Shown piece after piece: positions 31,265-32,000 of a DNA stretch of 32,000 nt. A program made the translations under genes and the position numbers. The stretch is from Candidatus Methanophagaceae archaeon (lineage in GTDB: Archaea > Halobacteriota > Syntropharchaeia > Alkanophagales > Methanospirareceae). The notes beneath the pieces were generated by a model. That model was not told where the DNA came from. It was given only the letters and a program-made list of their open reading frames with translations, and searched no databases. The DNA lies in assembly GCA_003194425.1 (NCBI GenBank), contig PQXB01000002.1:1-32000 (forward strand). Reading direction: 5' to 3'. Position 1 is the stretch's first letter; each line of letters starts with the position of its first letter.

Positions 31265-32000
31265 ATGAACCCAAAAACAACAATCGAACGGGCGAAGGAG
31301 CATTTCGGAAAAATCATTGAGGAGCAACTGAACCGCGTTGAAGCACTGAAAAACTCCGAGACTCGCGAAAATTGGACAGACTACAAATCGCTAAAACCCA
31401 TCGTAATCGGCGTAATCGGGGGAGACGGAATCGGTCCTTACATTTCGAGGGAAACGAGGCGGGTTTTGGAGTTCCTGCTGCGCGACGCGGTGGAGAGCGG
31501 TAAGATTCGGTTTAAAGAGATTTCGGGGCTGACAATCGAACGCCGTGTAGAGGTCGGGCAGACGCTACCTGACGCGGTGCTTGCGGAGGTAAAGAAATGC
31601 CACGTGCTTCTAAAAGGTCCAACGACAACTCCAACCGCCAAGGACGGCTCCTGGCCGAACCTCGAGAGTGCGAACGTGGCGTTGAGGCGAGAGCTTGACC
31701 TTTTTGCGAACGTCCGCCCTGTAAAAGTGCCGGAGCAGGGAATTGACTGGGTCTTCTTCCGCGAGAACACCGAAGGAGCCTACATTCTCGGAAGCAGGGG
31801 TGTAAATGTCTCCGACGACCTCGCCGTTGACTTTAAGGTCGCCACAACGCAGGGTTCGGAGCGAATAATTCGGCTCGCCTTCGACTACGCCCACCGAAAC
31901 GAAATCAACCGCCTGACCGTCGTAACGAAAGCAAACATCTTGAAAGCGACCGACGGCAAGTTCCTCGGCGTCGCAGATTATGTCGCCGCACGCTACCCCG
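31265..32000 (+). CDS. Isocitrate/isopropylmalate dehydrogenase family protein (probably isocitrate dehydrogenase), 5' partial in window
   Basis: Open frame from ATG 31265 to the window end; it is absent from the track because no stop is reached. Motifs: IGVIGGDGIGP, LLKGPTTTP, NVALRRELDLFANVRP, FFRENTEGAY. About 45 aa of N-terminal helical extension. Confidence 0.8.
   Translation, partial: MNPKTTIERAKEHFGKIIEEQLNRVEALKNSETRENWTDYKSLKPIVIGVIGGDGIGPYISRETRRVLEFLLRDAVESGKIRFKEISGLTIERRVEVGQTLPDAVLAEVKKCHVLLKGPTTTPTAKDGSWPNLESANVALRRELDLFANVRPVKVPEQGIDWVFFRENTEGAYILGSRGVNVSDDLAVDFKVATTQGSERIIRLAFDYAHRNEINRLTVVTKANILKATDGKFLGVADYVAARYP

Noticed and set aside
31166-31327. 54-codon N-terminal extension of the thiolase ORF (MLLNDFSEML...).
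   Set aside because: The extension crosses the divergent promoter and the SD repeat array. The conserved thiolase N-terminus MRDVAIIGVGHTKFG starts at 31165 with a strong SD.
1-32000. Mobile elements, integrases, transposases, defence systems, rRNA/tRNA genes.
   Set aside because: No ORF shows transposase, integrase, Cas or restriction motifs. No terminal inverted repeats flank any segment. The only hint of foreign DNA is the small scar at 29365-29528.

Overview
The gene content identifies this as archaeal chromosomal DNA. Diagnostic genes are aIF5A, aCPSF1/FttA, proteasome beta subunit, RibL, the AroA'/AroB' alternative shikimate entry, geranylgeranyl reductase, AfpA, an Isf-like flavoprotein, an MfnD-like ATP-grasp enzyme and two HdrA paralogues. 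Together they suggest a thermophilic, methanogen- or Archaeoglobi-like euryarchaeal lineage, but I cannot name the organism. I support about 33 protein genes, tightly packed with several ATGA stop/start overlaps. By eye I found no rRNA, tRNA, CRISPR array, transposase or integrase.

Most of the window is housekeeping. Two things stand out.

1. Short tandem duplications are everywhere. Many are seeded exactly on start or stop codons at gene junctions, which creates arrays of ATG and stop codons, chains of mini-ORFs and duplicated Shine-Dalgarno sites. Inside genes the repeat units are always multiples of 3 and encode G/E/R/K-rich loops, even in universally conserved proteins.

2. A tandem pair of HdrA-like flavoproteins shows complementary domain and cysteine-motif losses, has no hdrBC or mvhD nearby, and carries perfectly identical nucleotide tracts that suggest gene conversion.

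Smaller items are an unannotated 31-codon highly basic ORF upstream of aIF5A, a NikR-linked pair of surface-anchored proteins with no transporter genes in the window, a JAMM protein with an expanded His-rich active-site spacer, and a truncated DegT aminotransferase next to an AT-rich scar. All functional calls rest on motif recognition by eye. No database search was run.
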